Origin: Malacoraja senta
Lineage: Eukaryota
Length of the DNA stretch: 64,000 nt
Direction: 5' to 3'
NCBI GenBank assembly: GCA_038087875.1
Contig: CM075996.1
Location: 10,108,001-10,172,000 of the forward strand
The first letter of the stretch is position 1; every line of letters starts with the position of its first letter. Shown in pieces: positions 11,005 to 24,363 of the stretch. The notes under the pieces were generated by a model. That model did no database searches and was not told where the DNA came from. It saw nothing but the letters and a program-made list of their open reading frames with translations. The position numbers and the translations under genes were made by a program.

Positions 11005-13041
11005 TCCAGTAGGTTAATTTTGTCATGGCATGGATGACTTATGCCTGATACCGGGTGAGTCAATGGGTCTGGGCTACTGGGGAAGGTCATAGGAGTTTCA
11101 ATGACCATGTCGAGGACCACTGGGAACCATGGCTGTGTAGGCCAGTCGGGTACTATCAAAATACCTGAAGCAGAGTCCATCTGTATTTTGCATAGTACCC
11201 TACTGATGAGGCAGAAGGGGGGAAAAGCATAAAATAAATAGTTCCCCCAGTTCAGCGCGAATGCATCTATCGCTGCTGCCTCAGGGTCTGGTTCCCAAGC
11301 GACATACATTGGTACCTGGTGATTTAGTCTGGATGCAAAGAGATCGATATCTGGTATGCCATATTGCTTTGTAATTTTAGCAAAAGCTCTAGGATTTAAC
11401 ATCCATTCGGTGTTATCATTGAATTTGCGTGACCTGGTGTCTGCCACTGTATTTAGCTTACTTGGTAGGTAAGTTGCTGATAGCCAAATATGTCTATCGA
11501 CACACCATTGCCAGATTTTGTTGACCAAATTGTCACATGATATCGATTTTATTCCGCCCATATGGTTAATATAGGCCACCACCGTGGTATTATCAATTTG
11601 TAAACGAACATGCAAATGGTGCATATCCGTAGAATATGCTTTTAAACCATAAAACGCACCCAACATTTCCAAGTAATTTATGCCCAGTGTTTATAGTAAA
11701 GATGATTCTAGGTTAGTCCATCTACCACCTGTGCTGGATATGGTATTAGTTGCTCCCCAGCCTTGAGCACTGGCATCTGTTTGTATAATTAATGTTGGGT
11801 TATTGATGATTACAGGGCTGGAACTATGCCAAATGTGTTCTATCCACCATTGTAACTTTGATATTGCTTCAATGGGTAATTTCATGGTTCGGTCAAAGTG
11901 ACCTGCATGTCGTTTCAACGCCTGTACTTTTGCCCTTTGTAGGTTCTAATAGTGCAGGGGTCCAAATTGTGTAGCTGGAAATGCTGCTACCATTTTGCCA
12001 ATTACTCTTGCCACTTGTCGGATGGTTGGTCGATTGCTAACCATTAAATTGTTGCACATCTGTGCCAATTCTGCTGCTTTACCTTTTGGCAACGTTACAG
12101 ACATGCGGACTGAGTTAATTGTGAATCCCAGATAGTCCATAGTTGTGGATGGCGTCAACTTAGATTTATCTGGATGTATGACAAATCCCAGGGTTTCAAA
12201 CAATTGTTTGGTAGCTAATACAGCTGATTTAGCCAACTCCATGGTTTTGCCTACTATTAGGATATCATCAAGATATGCCATGATAATATGTCTTTGTTTC
12301 CTTAATGTTGCCAAGGCTGGTTTTAATATCTTGGTAAATAGTCTAGGGGCTGATGTTAACCCATTAGGCAACGCTTTATACTGCCATAGTTGCCCCATCC
12401 AGGTAAATTTCAGGTATCTGCGATGACCCTTATGAATGGGTACTGAATATTAGGCATCTTTTAAATCAATGCTTGCCATAAAGTATCCTTTGGAAATCAG
12501 TTGTTTGGCAGTTACAAATGTTTCCATTTTGAAATGTACATACTTAACAAAGGTATTTAGTGAGGTTAAGTCAATGATGATGCGACATCCACCATCTTTT
12601 TTGTTTTTGGTAAATATATTTGAGACAAATTCCAAAGGTTCATGTTTGGATTTCTCAATGACACCCTTTTTAAGTAACCTCACCAGTTCTGCTTGAGCCT
12701 CTAGTTTCTCTTTGACTGAGAGGGTAAAGACCCTTTGGGGTACGTGCTGAACTGGTGGCATGTTTTCTTGAATGAACTCTATTTGGTATCCCCGAATACT
12801 GTTAAGTATATAACTATCATTCGTGAGACACCTCCATGCTTCAATGAACAGGTGTAATCTCCCCCCTGTTAGTACAGTTCCCCCACTTTTACATGCTGGT
12901 AGGAACCAGACCCACCTACCTCCATAGTTATGGGAGGGTTCATTGCTTCTGTTTCTTCATCCGTCGTTGTACTGCTGGATGTACTGCTGATTGGGGGTGG
13001 CGCATTTTCCATGGGATCCGCTCTGGGCCCTGGCCTAAAAA
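10992..13041 (-). pseudogene. DIRS copy 1 pol: RT, RNase H, Dam-like methyltransferase domain (disrupted)
   Basis: ALPNGLTSAPRLFTK, YLDD, QTDASAQGWG, DNTTVVAYINHMGG, DLFASRLN, YAFPPF; split over five ORFs. Confidence 0.92.
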
Positions 13042-14095
13042 GGCTTTCGGGGATGGAATGCGGACCCCGAGCTTTCACCAGTCCTGAATGTTTGTCTTCG
13101 ACTGGTGGACGCGGTGGGGTACTGCCGTCTGGGTTGTGTGGGTCTGCTCGTTCCGGGGCCTGCCCTCATGAGGCCAAATGCTTTGGACTCTTCCTCCAGG
13201 TCTGTCACTTGTCAAGTCCTTTCCAAATAACAGGATCTGTGGCTCTGAGGCCGGTGTTGTACACAGTCCTGCATATTTGGGATTGAGGGCAGGTCTTATT
13301 CTCTCCTTGCGGAGGTTGTTTATCTCATATTGAGTGTTACACGGCAGAGCCAGAGTGTCTTGCTGGTTGGTGGTCATGTCCACCCCATCCACGCAACGAG
13401 CATAGGATGTTATCCCTGTCGTCAGGAGCTTGAGGATACGCTGTAATTTTAGCTCCTGTTTCTGGATACTCTGTCCAACATACCCCCAGATTTCTCTTCT
13501 TATAGGGGTTTGAGGGACAGGTGGTTAATGCTGGCCGGCAGTTTTGGCTGCAACGGCAGCCCTGCTCGTGGTGTAGCCACGTAGCGATTCACCACACCCA
13601 GCAGCTCTTCCTGATCCTGTACCCCAAGCGTACTCCCGACATCTTCAGCCAATGACCCCTGTTCCTGACCAGCCCAGCCCTGGTCGCCAACGCTGCCCTC
13701 GGCTGAGGGGGAAGCGATGGCCAGTGCATTGTAGAGCACTGATGTGGGAGTGCCTGAGTTCCCTTGGCGAGACTGCTCCAGCTCCCGAAGCAAGTCTCGC
13801 TGGAGCATTTGCTCCATGAGCCTTTCCATGCGGCTCAGGCAGCTAGCTCTGCCGCTCTCAGGCGGAGAGTCCTCCTCATTGGAGTCAGAAATAACCAGCC
13901 GGTCAGTTTGTTGTCTTGATTTGCCTCCAGCTCGCTGCTGTTGGTCAGGCTGCGCTAGCGGTACTGGGCTCGGCTCGGTCTCAATGAGGGTGTGCCGCAG
14001 CATGTGCGGTCCAGGTGCCGCCTCTCGCCCCCCACTGATGGGACACTCCAGTTCTGTTGGAGTCGAACGGGGGGACGGTCTTTTTCCCTTGCCAT
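12950..14095 (-). pseudogene. DIRS copy 1 gag-like ORF1 (frameshifted)
   Basis: LSRMERLMEQMLQRD, IRPALNPKYAGLC, LLFGKDL motifs shared with copies 2 and 3. Confidence 0.8.
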
Positions 14096-14619
14096 GCTTT
14101 GCTCAGTTTCCCCAGCTTCTTGCCTGGAATTGACAAAGCAGAGCAAAGGTTCTTGAATACGACCTCAGAGTATGTACTTACCTGATGGTCCGTTTAAACT
14201 TGTAGCGGGAGCGCCTGTACTCCCGTTCGTCGCTGTTGCACTGCGTGAACGCTAATGTCGCGCATGCGTGCTGGACGGGCTCTTCACGTAGTCACTCACG
14301 TGACTCCGAAGTAAACTTGCACTGGAGAAGGTGGAGAGGAGATTGACCAGAATGTGACCTGGGCTGGAGGACGTTATTGATTGGGAACGTTTGGATGGAC
14401 TGGGCTTATTTAACCCACGGCCACACATGGGGAACTAACATACAACGTACACAATGCGCTGACTATTATGCACTTGTACATACGTCATGTTTTGCAGAGA
14501 AAGAGACTGCCGTGCGCACTTTACAACTGTGTGTGTGTGACACAGATAAAGTAAATAATAAAATAGAGGTCATAAAGGTCACAAGATAGAGGGCTCATCA
14601 TGCAAAACGGAGTGCGCGG

Positions 14620-14729
14620 AGTCAAGTCAAGAGAGTTTATTGTCATGTGTCCCAGATAGGACAATGAAATTCTTGCTTGCTGCAGCACAACACAATATAG
14701 TAGGCATAAACACAGATCAGATCAGTGTG
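14620..14729 (-). mobile_element. 3' tail of a Rex1/L2-like LINE, split by DIRS copy 2 (continues 26461-26970)
   Basis: (TTGAC)n tail and ACATGACAATAAA 3' motif; coding part 26649-26948 'LTGCIVAWFGN...DPHHPGH...LPSGRRYR...SYFPTAIRLLN'. Confidence 0.7.
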
Positions 14730-15773
14730 TCCGAAGTAAAATAGTAAGATTAAACGAGAACTTACCAGTTTTAAGTTTGATCTTTATTTTATGAGGAGTT
14801 ACGTTGAGGGATTACGTGAAGACCCCGCCAGCACGCATGCGCGTCAATCTTCAAAGCAGCGGTGTGAAATCACAGATAACAGAGGTCGAACTAAACATAG
14901 TAAGATAAGAGAACTAGCATACCAGCTGACCTTTATGATAGAGGGTTGGGAGCGGAGGGCACGTAATCCCTCAACGTAACTCCTCATAAAATATAGATCA
15001 AACTTCAAACTGGTAAGTTCTCGTTTAATCTTACTATTTTACTTCGGAGCCACGTGAGTGACTACGTGAAGATTTTAAAGCTCTGTGACTTCATGCCGTG
15101 GAAAATGAGCCCATGCTTCACACACTGCCAAATTGACCAATGGAGGAAGTATGTTAATGTATTCAGACATGAATCGGTTATTCAAAAACGGTGATACATT
15201 TATTAACAAAATAATAACGACCCCTAACATTCGGGGGGAAAAAATAACACAGAACTAAAAATTGAGTCTGCAAACACCCCAGGTCTGGCAACGGGTTTTA
15301 TAAAATTGTTGAAAAGTTCTTTCTCTAGACCATCCTGCCATTGCAAGGATGTGGTCCATGGGAACTTCCAACTTTCTCGCTGCCAATGTTGCTGCGGCCC
15401 TGGTGGAATGAGATTTTAAAACATCAGTGTCCACCCCTGCAGCACCCAAAACCTGTCTCAGCCACCTTGAAATGGTCTGCATGGATACCCTTTTATGAGA
15501 CTGTTTATGACTGAGTAACAATGCCATTTCCGTGCCTCTTAGGTTTTTTCTGACCTCTAAATAATGAAGTAGATGCGTCACTATACACAGACGGAGGTCT
15601 ATGGCGTATGCTAGAAACTCCAATTTAAAGCCAGACGACCCAGGCCTGTTCTGTTTAACTAATTCAAAAATATGGAAAGTTATTTTGTTCGTTGATATTG
15701 CCATAGTGTCCAGTCTTAATTTGTGGAGTGACTGGACCCGTTGCGCCGAGACTAGTGCCATCAGCATAACTAT

Positions 15774-18030
15774 ATAACCATATAACCATATAACCATAAC
15801 AGCACGGAAACAGGCCATCTCGGCCCTTCAAGTCCGTGCCGAACATTTTTAAATTTTTTTTTTTAAATTAAAAATAAATACTTCCCCCTAGTCCCATGTA
15901 CCTGCACTCAGACCATAACCCTCCATTCCTTTCCCGTCCATATACCCATCCAATCTATTTTTAAAGGATAACATCGAACCTGCCTCCACCACTTCCACTG
16001 GAAGCTCATTCCACACAGCTACCACTCTATGAGTAAAGAAGTTCCCCCTAATGTTCCCCCTAAACTTCTGTCCCTTAATTCTCAAGTCATGTCCCCTTGT
16101 TTGAATCTTCCCTACTCTCAATGGGAAAAGCTTATCCACGTCCACTCTGTCTAACCCGCTCATAATTTTAAAGACCTCTATCAAGTCCCCTCTTAACCTT
16201 CTGCGCTCCAAAGAATAAAGACCTAACTTGTTCAACCTTTCTCTGTAACTTAGTTGCTGAAATCCAGGCAACATTCTAGTAAATCTCCTCTGTACTCTCT
16301 CTATTTTGTTGACATCCTTCCTATAATTAGGCGACCAAAACTGTACTCCATACTCCAGAATTGGCCTCATCAATGCCTTGTACAATTTTAACATTACATC
16401 CCAACTTCTATATTCAATGCTCTGATTTATAAAGGCCAGCACACCAAAAGCTTTCTTTACCACCCTATCTACATGAGATTCCACCTTCAGGGAACTATGC
16501 ACAGTTATTCCTAGATCCCTCTGTTCAACTGCATTCCTCAATTCGCTACCATTTACCGTGTACGTCCTATTTTGATTTGTCCTGCCGAGATGTAGCACCT
16601 CACATTTGTCAGAATTAAACTCCATCTGCCATCTTTCAGCCCACTCTTCCAAATGGCCTAAATCTCTCTGTAGACTTTGAAAATCTACTTCATTATCCAC
16701 CACACCACCTATCTTAGTATCATCTGCATACTTACTAATCCAATTTTGCACACCATCATCCAGATCATTGATGTACATGACAAACAACAGTGGACCCAAC
16801 ACAGACCCCTGAGGCACCCCACTAGTCACCGGCCTCCAACCTGACAAACAGCCATCCACCATTACTCTCTGGCATCTCCCATTCAGCCACTGTTGAATCC
16901 ATCTTGCTACTCCACCATTAATACCCAACAGTTGAATCTTCTTAACCAACCTTCCATGAGGAACCTTGTCAAAGGCCTTACTGAAGTCCATATAGACAAC
17001 ATCCACTGCTTTACCCTCATCAATTTCCCTAGTAACCTCTTCGAAAAATTCAAGAAGATTAGTCAAGCATGACCTTCCAGGCACAAATCCATGTTGACTG
17101 TTCCTAATCAGACCCTGCTTATCCAGATGCTTATATATATATTATCTTTAAGTATCCTTTCCATTAATTTGCCCACCACTGACGTCAAACTAACAGGTCT
17201 ATAATTGCTAGGCTTACTCTTCGAACCCTTTTTAAACAACGGAACAACATGCGCAGTACGCCAATCCTCCGGCACTATTCCCGTTTCTAATGACATTTGA
17301 AATATTTCTGTCATAGCCCCTGCTATTTCTACACTAACTTCCCTCAATGTCCTAGGGAATATCCTGTCAGGACCTGGAGACTTATCCGTTTTCATATTTT
17401 TCAAAAGTGTCCGCACCTCCTCTTCTTTGAATCTCACAGTTTCCATTGCTACTCTGCTTGTTTCCCTTACCTCACATAATTCCATATCCTTCTCCTTCGT
17501 GAATACCGAAGATAAGAAATTGTTCAATATCTCCCCCATCTCTTTTGGCTCTGCAGATAGCTGTCCACTCTGACTCTCTAATGGACCAGTTTTATTCCTT
17601 GTTATCCTTTTGCTATTAATATAGCTGTAGAAACCCTTTGGATTTACTTTCTCCTTACTTGCCAAAGCAACCTCATATCTTCTTTTAGCTTTTCTAATTT
17701 CTTTCTTAATATTCTTTTTGCATTCTTTATACTCCTCAAGCACCTCATTTACTCCATGCTGCCTATAATTATTGTAGATCTCTTTTTCCGAACCGTGTCC
17801 AATTTCCCTTGAAAACCATGGCTCTTTCCATTTTTTACTATTTCCTTTCAACCGAACAGGGACATAAAGATTCTGTACTCTTAAAATTTCACCCTTAAAT
17901 GTTGTCCATTTTTCTTCTACATCCTTCCCATAAAACAACATGTCCCAATTCACTCCTTTTAAATCCTTTCGCATCTCCTCAAAGTTAGCCTTTCTCCAAA
18001 CAAAAATCTCAACCCTAGCTATCTCAACCC
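15774..18030 (-). mobile_element. 5'-truncated CR1 LINE inserted in the YR ORF of DIRS copy 2
   Basis: RT ORF 15888-17084 (DFSKAFDKVPH, GVPQGSVLGP, YADD); (GGTTATAT)n tail; 7-bp TSD TAACTAT at 15767-15773 and 18031-18037. Confidence 0.95.
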
Positions 18031-18285
18031 TAACTATGTTATAAGTTAGTTTTGCTAGAGTCAGGGATGTAGCTGGTGCCCAATTCCTGAGCAGCGTTAA
18101 GACAACACCAACATCCCAGATCTGGGAGTACCTAGCCCTGGGGGGATTAGTGTTGAAAATACCCTTCATCAGTTTCGATACTAGAGGGTGAGACCCAACA
18201 GCGTGGTGTCCTGATCCCTGCCCCAAGTAAGATGAGAGGGCACTTCTCGCACAGTTAATGGCACTGTAGCTCAGGCCTTCATCAA

Positions 18286-19269
18286 CAAAATCAACGTGTT
18301 TTGGTATGCCCATCAAACGTTTCAGGTTAAATGGGACAATGTTGTATCTGCTCCATTCTGTGTTAGTAACGGAGTGCGGCAAGGAGGAATTTTGTCTCCT
18401 ATTTTATTTAATGTTTATATGGATGAATTGTCAAATCAGTTAAATAGGTTAAAAACTGGCTGTCTTGTGGGCAACACTATTGTTAATCATCTTATGTATG
18501 CAGACGACCTGGTCCTGCTCTGTCCATATAGTGTTGGGCTGCAGCAGGTGCTGAAGGTGTGCTCTCAGTATGGCCTTGATTATGACATCAAGTATAACGC
18601 TAAGAAAAGCCGCATAATGATAGTTAGAAGCGCTGACGGCAGGAAATCAACTTTTCCGACTTTTTATTTGTCGGACAGTCCTCTTGCTGTGTGTGAGGAA
18701 ATTAAATACCTAGGTCATGTCATATCCGATGACTGGACGGATGACAAAGACCTCGACCGACAGCGCTGTAAAATTGATCTTCAAGCTAACATGCTTATAA
18801 CAAAGTTTTCTATGTGCTCTGACTGTGAAGTGTTCACTGTTTAGAACCTACATCACACCGTTGTATACTGCTCAATTGTGGTCTAATTATGAGAAAAAGA
18901 GTATGCAGAGGCTCAAGGTAGCATACAATGATGCAATGAGGTTGCTACTTCATGTCCCTAGATGGCATAGTGCCAGTCAATTGTTTGTGTCCACTAGAGT
19001 GCCAACCTGTGAGGCACTCTTAAGACAGCTGATGTTTAGTTTTATGTGTCGCCTGGATAAGTCAGAGAACCACATAATTGAAGCCCTAGTCAGCCCTCTG
19101 AAAAGCTGCTGTAGATTCACTTCTAGGCTAAGACGGCATTGGTGCAATAGCTTGTATATCTTATAGGCTAATATGCAATTTTATATGTATTGTTGTATCT
19201 CCTTATACTGTTTGATGTGTTCTATGGACCTGTGTCTGAAATAAAGCTTTTATTATTATTATTATTATT
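18286..19269 (+). mobile_element. 5'-truncated RTE-X-like LINE inserted in the YR ORF of DIRS copy 2
   Basis: RT motifs NGVRQGGILSPILFNVYMD, HLMYADD; AATAAA plus (TTA)n tail; flanks rejoin as YR 'SLHF-DEG'. Confidence 0.8.
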
Positions 19270-20742
19270 AAAGTGAAGGCTGGCCAAGAATTCTAGCACA
19301 GTCGTCACAGTAGCCGTGTTGTATGTGATGTTAACCCTGGAATAGAATATCTCCCGTTTCCTTATATGTGAAAGATATTGTTTTCTGGTGGACTCCCTGC
19401 ATGCCGCCGTGATCATGTTCATGGTTCGATCCGATAGTCCGAATTCCAGGAGTGGTCTTTTTAGATTCTGCAAATCAACAGATTTATCCTGTCATCGCAT
19501 GGGTGACTCTCGCCTGTCACAGGATGAACCAATAAATCCGGGTGATTGGAGATGGGCATACATGGTTCCAAGACCATGTTGGGAACCACAGGGAACCATG
19601 GCTGAGTAGGCCAGTCGGGTACTACCAAAATACCCGACGCGGAGTCTTGTTGTATTTTCCGCAAGACCCGACTGATGAGGCAGAAGGGGGGAAATGCATA
19701 GAAAAACAATTCTCCCCAGTGTAGCGAGAATGCGTCCATCGCCACTGCCCCAGGGTCTGGTTCCCATGCAACATATGTTGGCAACTGGTGATTAAGCCTA
19801 GATGCGAATAGATCGATATCTGGTGTTCCATACCGAGCTACAATATCAGCAAACACTTGGTGGTCCAACATCCATTTGGTGTTGTCATTGAATTTGCGTG
19901 ACCTGGTGTTTATCCACTGTATTGAGCTTACCTGGAAGGTAAGTAGCTGATATCCAAATATTTCTGTCGATACACCAGTGCCAAATCGTGTTAGCCAGAT
20001 TATCACAAGATATCGACTTAATTCCACCCATAAGATTAATATATGCCACCACAGTGGTATTATCAATTTGTAGGCGAACATGCAGGTGGTGCATGTCCGA
20101 GCAGTAAGCCCTTAGTCCGTAGAACGCACCCAACATCTCTAAATGATTAATACCAAGTGCTTGAAGTAAAGATGACTCATGTGCATCCCATCTACCACCG
20201 TAACTAGAGATGGTATTAGTAGCACCCCAACCGTGAGCGCTGGCATCAGTTTGTAACACAACCGATGGACTGCTGATTATAATGGGATTAGTACAATGCC
20301 AAATGTTTTGCATCCACCATTGTAACTCCAAAACCGCTTTGGCTGGTAACTGCATTGGCCTGTAAAAATGACCAGCATGATGTTTGAGTGCTTGCACCTT
20401 TGCCCTCTGTAAATTTTGGTAATGCAAAGGTCCAAACTGTGTGGCTGGAAAAGCAGCCACGAGCTTACCAATCACCCTGGCTACTTGTCGAATAGATGGT
20501 TGAATGACGACAACAAGGCTGTTACAGGCCTCTATTAAGTCTGCTGCCTTGCCCCTTGGCAAAGTAACAGACATGTGAACAGAGTCAATTGTGAACCCTA
20601 AGTAATCCATTGTTATGGAAGGCGTTAACTTAGATTTATCTGGATGGATGATGAACCCCAGTTTCTCAAACAAGAACTTGGTAGCTGATACAGCCGATTT
20701 AGCTAATTCTAGAGTCTTTCCCACAATTAAGATATCATCCAG

Positions 20743-23700
20743 TTATATAGATACATAGATACATAGAAAATAGGTGCAGGAGTAGGCCATTCGGCCCTTC
20801 GAGCCTGCACCGCCATTCAATATGATTATGGCTGATCATCCAACTCAGTATCCCGTACCTGCCTTCTCTCCATACCCCCTGATCCCTTTAGCCACAAGGG
20901 CCACATCTAACTCCCTCTTAAATATAGCCAATGAACTGGCCTCAACTACCCTCTGTGGCAGAGAGTTCCAGAGATTCACCACTCTCTGTGTGAAAAAGTT
21001 TTTCCTCAACTCGGTCTTAAAGGATTTCCCCCTTATCCTTAAGCTGTGACCCCTTGTCCTGGACTTCCCCAACATCGGGAACAATCTTCCTGCATCTAGC
21101 CTGTCCAACCCCATAAGAATTTTGTACGTTTCTATAAGATCCCCTCTCAATCTCCTAAATTCTAGCGAGTATAAGCCAAGTCTATCCAGTCTTTCTTCAT
21201 ATGAAAGTCCTGACATCCCAGGAATCAGTCTGGTGAACCTTCTCTGCACTCCCTCTATGGCTATAATGTGCTTCCTCAGATTTGGAGACCAAAACTGTAC
21301 GCAATACTCCAGGTGTGGTCTCACCAAGACCCTGTACAACTGCAGTAGAACCTCCCTGCTCCTATACTCAAATCCTCTTGCTATGAAGGCCAACATACCA
21401 TTCGCTTTCTTCACTGCCTGCTGCACCTGCATGCCTACTTTCAATGACTGGTGTACCATGACACCCAGGTCTCGCTGCATCTCCCCATTTCCTAATCGGC
21501 CACCATTTAGATAATAGTCTGCCTTCCCGTTTTTGCCACCAAAGTGGATAACCTCACATTTATCCACATTATACTGCATCTGCCAAACATTTGCCCACTC
21601 ACCCAGCCTATCCAAGTCACCTTGCAGTCTCCTAGCATCCTCCTTACAGCTAACACTGCCCCCCAGCTTAGTGTCATCCGCAAACTTGGAGATGTTGCTT
21701 TCAATTCCCTCGTCCAGATCATTAATATAAATTGTAAATAGCTGGGGTCCCAGCACTGAGCCTTGCGGTACCCCACTAGTCACTGCCTGCCATTGTGAAA
21801 AGGACCCGTTTACTCCTACTCTTTGCTTCCTGTTTGCCAGCCAGTTCTCTATCCACATCAATACTGAACCCCCAATACCGTGTGATTTAAGTTTGTATCC
21901 TAATCTCTTATGTGGTACCTTGTCGAAAGCCTTCTGAAAGTCCAGATACAACACATCCACTGGTTCTCCCCTATCCACTCTACTAGTTACATCCTCGAAA
22001 AATTCTATAAGATTCGTCAGACACGATTTACCTTTCGTAAATCCATGCTGACTTTGTCCAATGATTTCACCACTTTCCAAATGTGCTGCTATCCCATCTT
22101 TAATAACTGACTCTAGCAGTTTCCCCACTACCGATGTTAGACTAACTGGTCTGTAATTCCCCGTTTTCTCTCTCCCTCCCTTCTTAAAAAGTGGGGTTAC
22201 GTTTGCTACCCTCAAATCCTCAGGAACTACTCCAGAATCTAAAGAGTTTTGAAAAATTATCATTAATGCATCCACTATTTCTGGAGCTACTTCCTTAAGT
22301 ACTCTGGGATGCAGCCTATCTGGCCCTGGTGATTTATCGGCCTTTAATCCATTCAATTTAACCAACACCACTTCCCGACTAACCTGGATTTCACTCAGTT
22401 CCTCCATCTCCTTTGACCCGCGGCCCCCTGCTATTTCCGGCAGATTATTTATGTCTTCCTTAGTGAAGACGGAACCAAAGTAGTTATTCAATTGGTCCGC
22501 CATTTCCTTGTTCCCCATGATCAATTCACCTGTTTCTGACTGCAAGGGACCTACATTTGTTTTAACTAATCTCTTTCTCTTCACATATCTATAAAAACTT
22601 TTGCAGTCAGTTTTTATGTTCCCTGCCAGTTTCCTTTCATAATCTATTTTCCCTTTCCTAATTAAGCCCTTTGTCCTCCTCTGCTGGTCTCTGAATTTCT
22701 CCCAGTCCTCTGGTATGCTGCTTTTTCTGGCTAATTTGTACGCATCATCTTTTGCTTTGATACTATCCCTGATTTCCCTTGTTATCCACGGATGCACTAC
22801 CTTCCCTGATTTATTCTTTTGCCAAACTGGGATGAACAATTTTTGTAGTTCATCCATGCAGTCTTTAAATGCCTTCCATTGCATATCCACCGTCAACCCT
22901 TTTAGAACTAATTGCCAGTCAATCTTGGCCAATTCAAGTCTCATACCCTCAAAGTTACCTTTCTTTAAGTTCAGAACCGTTGTTTCTGAATTAACAATGT
23001 CACTCTCCATCACTCTTGCCCAAGGGGGCACGCACAACAAGACTGCTAACTAACCCTTCCTCATTACTCAATACCCAGTCTAGAATAGCCTGCTCTCTCG
23101 TTGGTTCCTCTACATGTTGGTTTAGATAACTATCCCTCATACATTCCAAGAAATCCTCATCCTCAGCACCCCTGCCAATTTGATTCACCCAATCTATATG
23201 TGGATTGAAGTCACCCATTATAACTGTTTTGCCTTTGTTGCACGCATTTCTAATTTCCTGTTTGATGCCATCCCCAACTTCACTACTACTGCTAGGTGGC
23301 CTGTACACAACACCCACCAGCGTTTTCTGCCCCTTAGTGTTTCGCAGCTCTACCCATACCGATTCCACATCCTCCAAGCTAATGTCCTTCCTTTCCACTG
23401 CGTTAATCTCCTCTCTAACCAGCAACGCTACCCCACCTCCTTTTCCTTTCTCTCTATCCCTCCTGAATATTGAATATCCCTGGATGTTCAGCTCCCAGCC
23501 TTGGTCACCCTGGAGCCATGTCTCCGTGATCCCAACTATATCATAATCATTAATTGCTATCTGCACGTTCAACTCATCCACCTTATTACGAATGCTCTTT
23601 GCATTGAGACACAAAGCCTTCAGGCTTGTTTTTACAACGCTCTTACCCCTTATACAATTATGTTGAAAAGTGGCTCTTTTTGATTTTTGCCCTGGATTTG

Positions 23701-24363
23701 TCTGCCTGCCACTTTTACTTTTCACCTTGCTACCTATTGCTTCCGCCCGCATTTTACACCCCTCTGTTTCTCTGCTCACCCATTTAAGAACCCCACCACC
23801 TCTTATTCTCTGTTTATTATTGTTTTCTTCTTTCCCCCCTACATGTTGGGTCAGAGTGCTTTCCTTCTCTGCCTCCTGCCTCACACACTGTCTAATAGCT
23901 TTCTCTATTTGAGTCCCTCCCCCCAACCATTCTAGTTTAAAGTCTCCCCAGTAGCCTTTGCAGATCTCCCCGCCAGGATATCGGTCCCCCTCAGGTTCAA
24001 GTGCAACCCATCCTTTTTGTACAGGTCGAACCTTCCACAAAAGAGGTCCCTATGATCCAGAAATTTGAATCCCTGCCTTCTGCACCAGTCCTTCAGCCAC
24101 GCATTTATCCTCCACCTCGCTCCATTCCTACTCTCACTGTCGCGTGGCACAGGCAGTAATCCCGAGATTGTTACCTTTGCTGTCCTTCTCTTTAACTCCC
24201 CTCCTAACTCCCTAAATTCTCCTTTCAGGACCTCTTCTCTTTTTTTACCTATGTCATTGGTACCTATATGTATCACGACCTCGGGCTCCTCTCCCTGCCC
24301 TTTCAGGATGTCTTGGACACGTTGAGACACATCACAGACCCTGGCACCAGGGAGGCAAAGTAC
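20743..24363 (-). mobile_element. Near full-length CR1 LINE (ORF1 esterase, APE endonuclease, RT) inserted into the YLDD codons of the DIRS copy 2 RT
   Basis: HIGTNDI SGNH esterase; ITETW, GGGVAL, GDFN APE motifs; 731-aa RT ORF; (TATCTATG)n tail; 7-bp TSD CATCCAG at 20736-20742 and 24364-24370. Confidence 0.95.

Larger units (their letters stand above)
9528..14315 (-). mobile_element. DIRS1-type tyrosine-recombinase retrotransposon, copy 1 (full length)
   Basis: gag, RT/RNaseH/methyltransferase-like and YR ORFs; left ITR 14260-14315, right ITR 9528-9620, ICR 9740-9850 complementary to both termini; no TSD; interrupts an old CR1 fragment. Confidence 0.95.

Noticed and set aside
10018..11672. 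Phage-integrase-like plus adenine-methylase-like ORFs suggesting a prophage or bacterial contamination
   Set aside because: Both are standard DIRS domains, linked to RT/RNase H and ITR/ICR ends
17108..18382. 424-aa ORF appearing to fuse YR N-terminus with LINE ORF2
   Set aside because: Chance in-frame read-through across nested insertion junctions, with the start inside antisense RTE-X sequence
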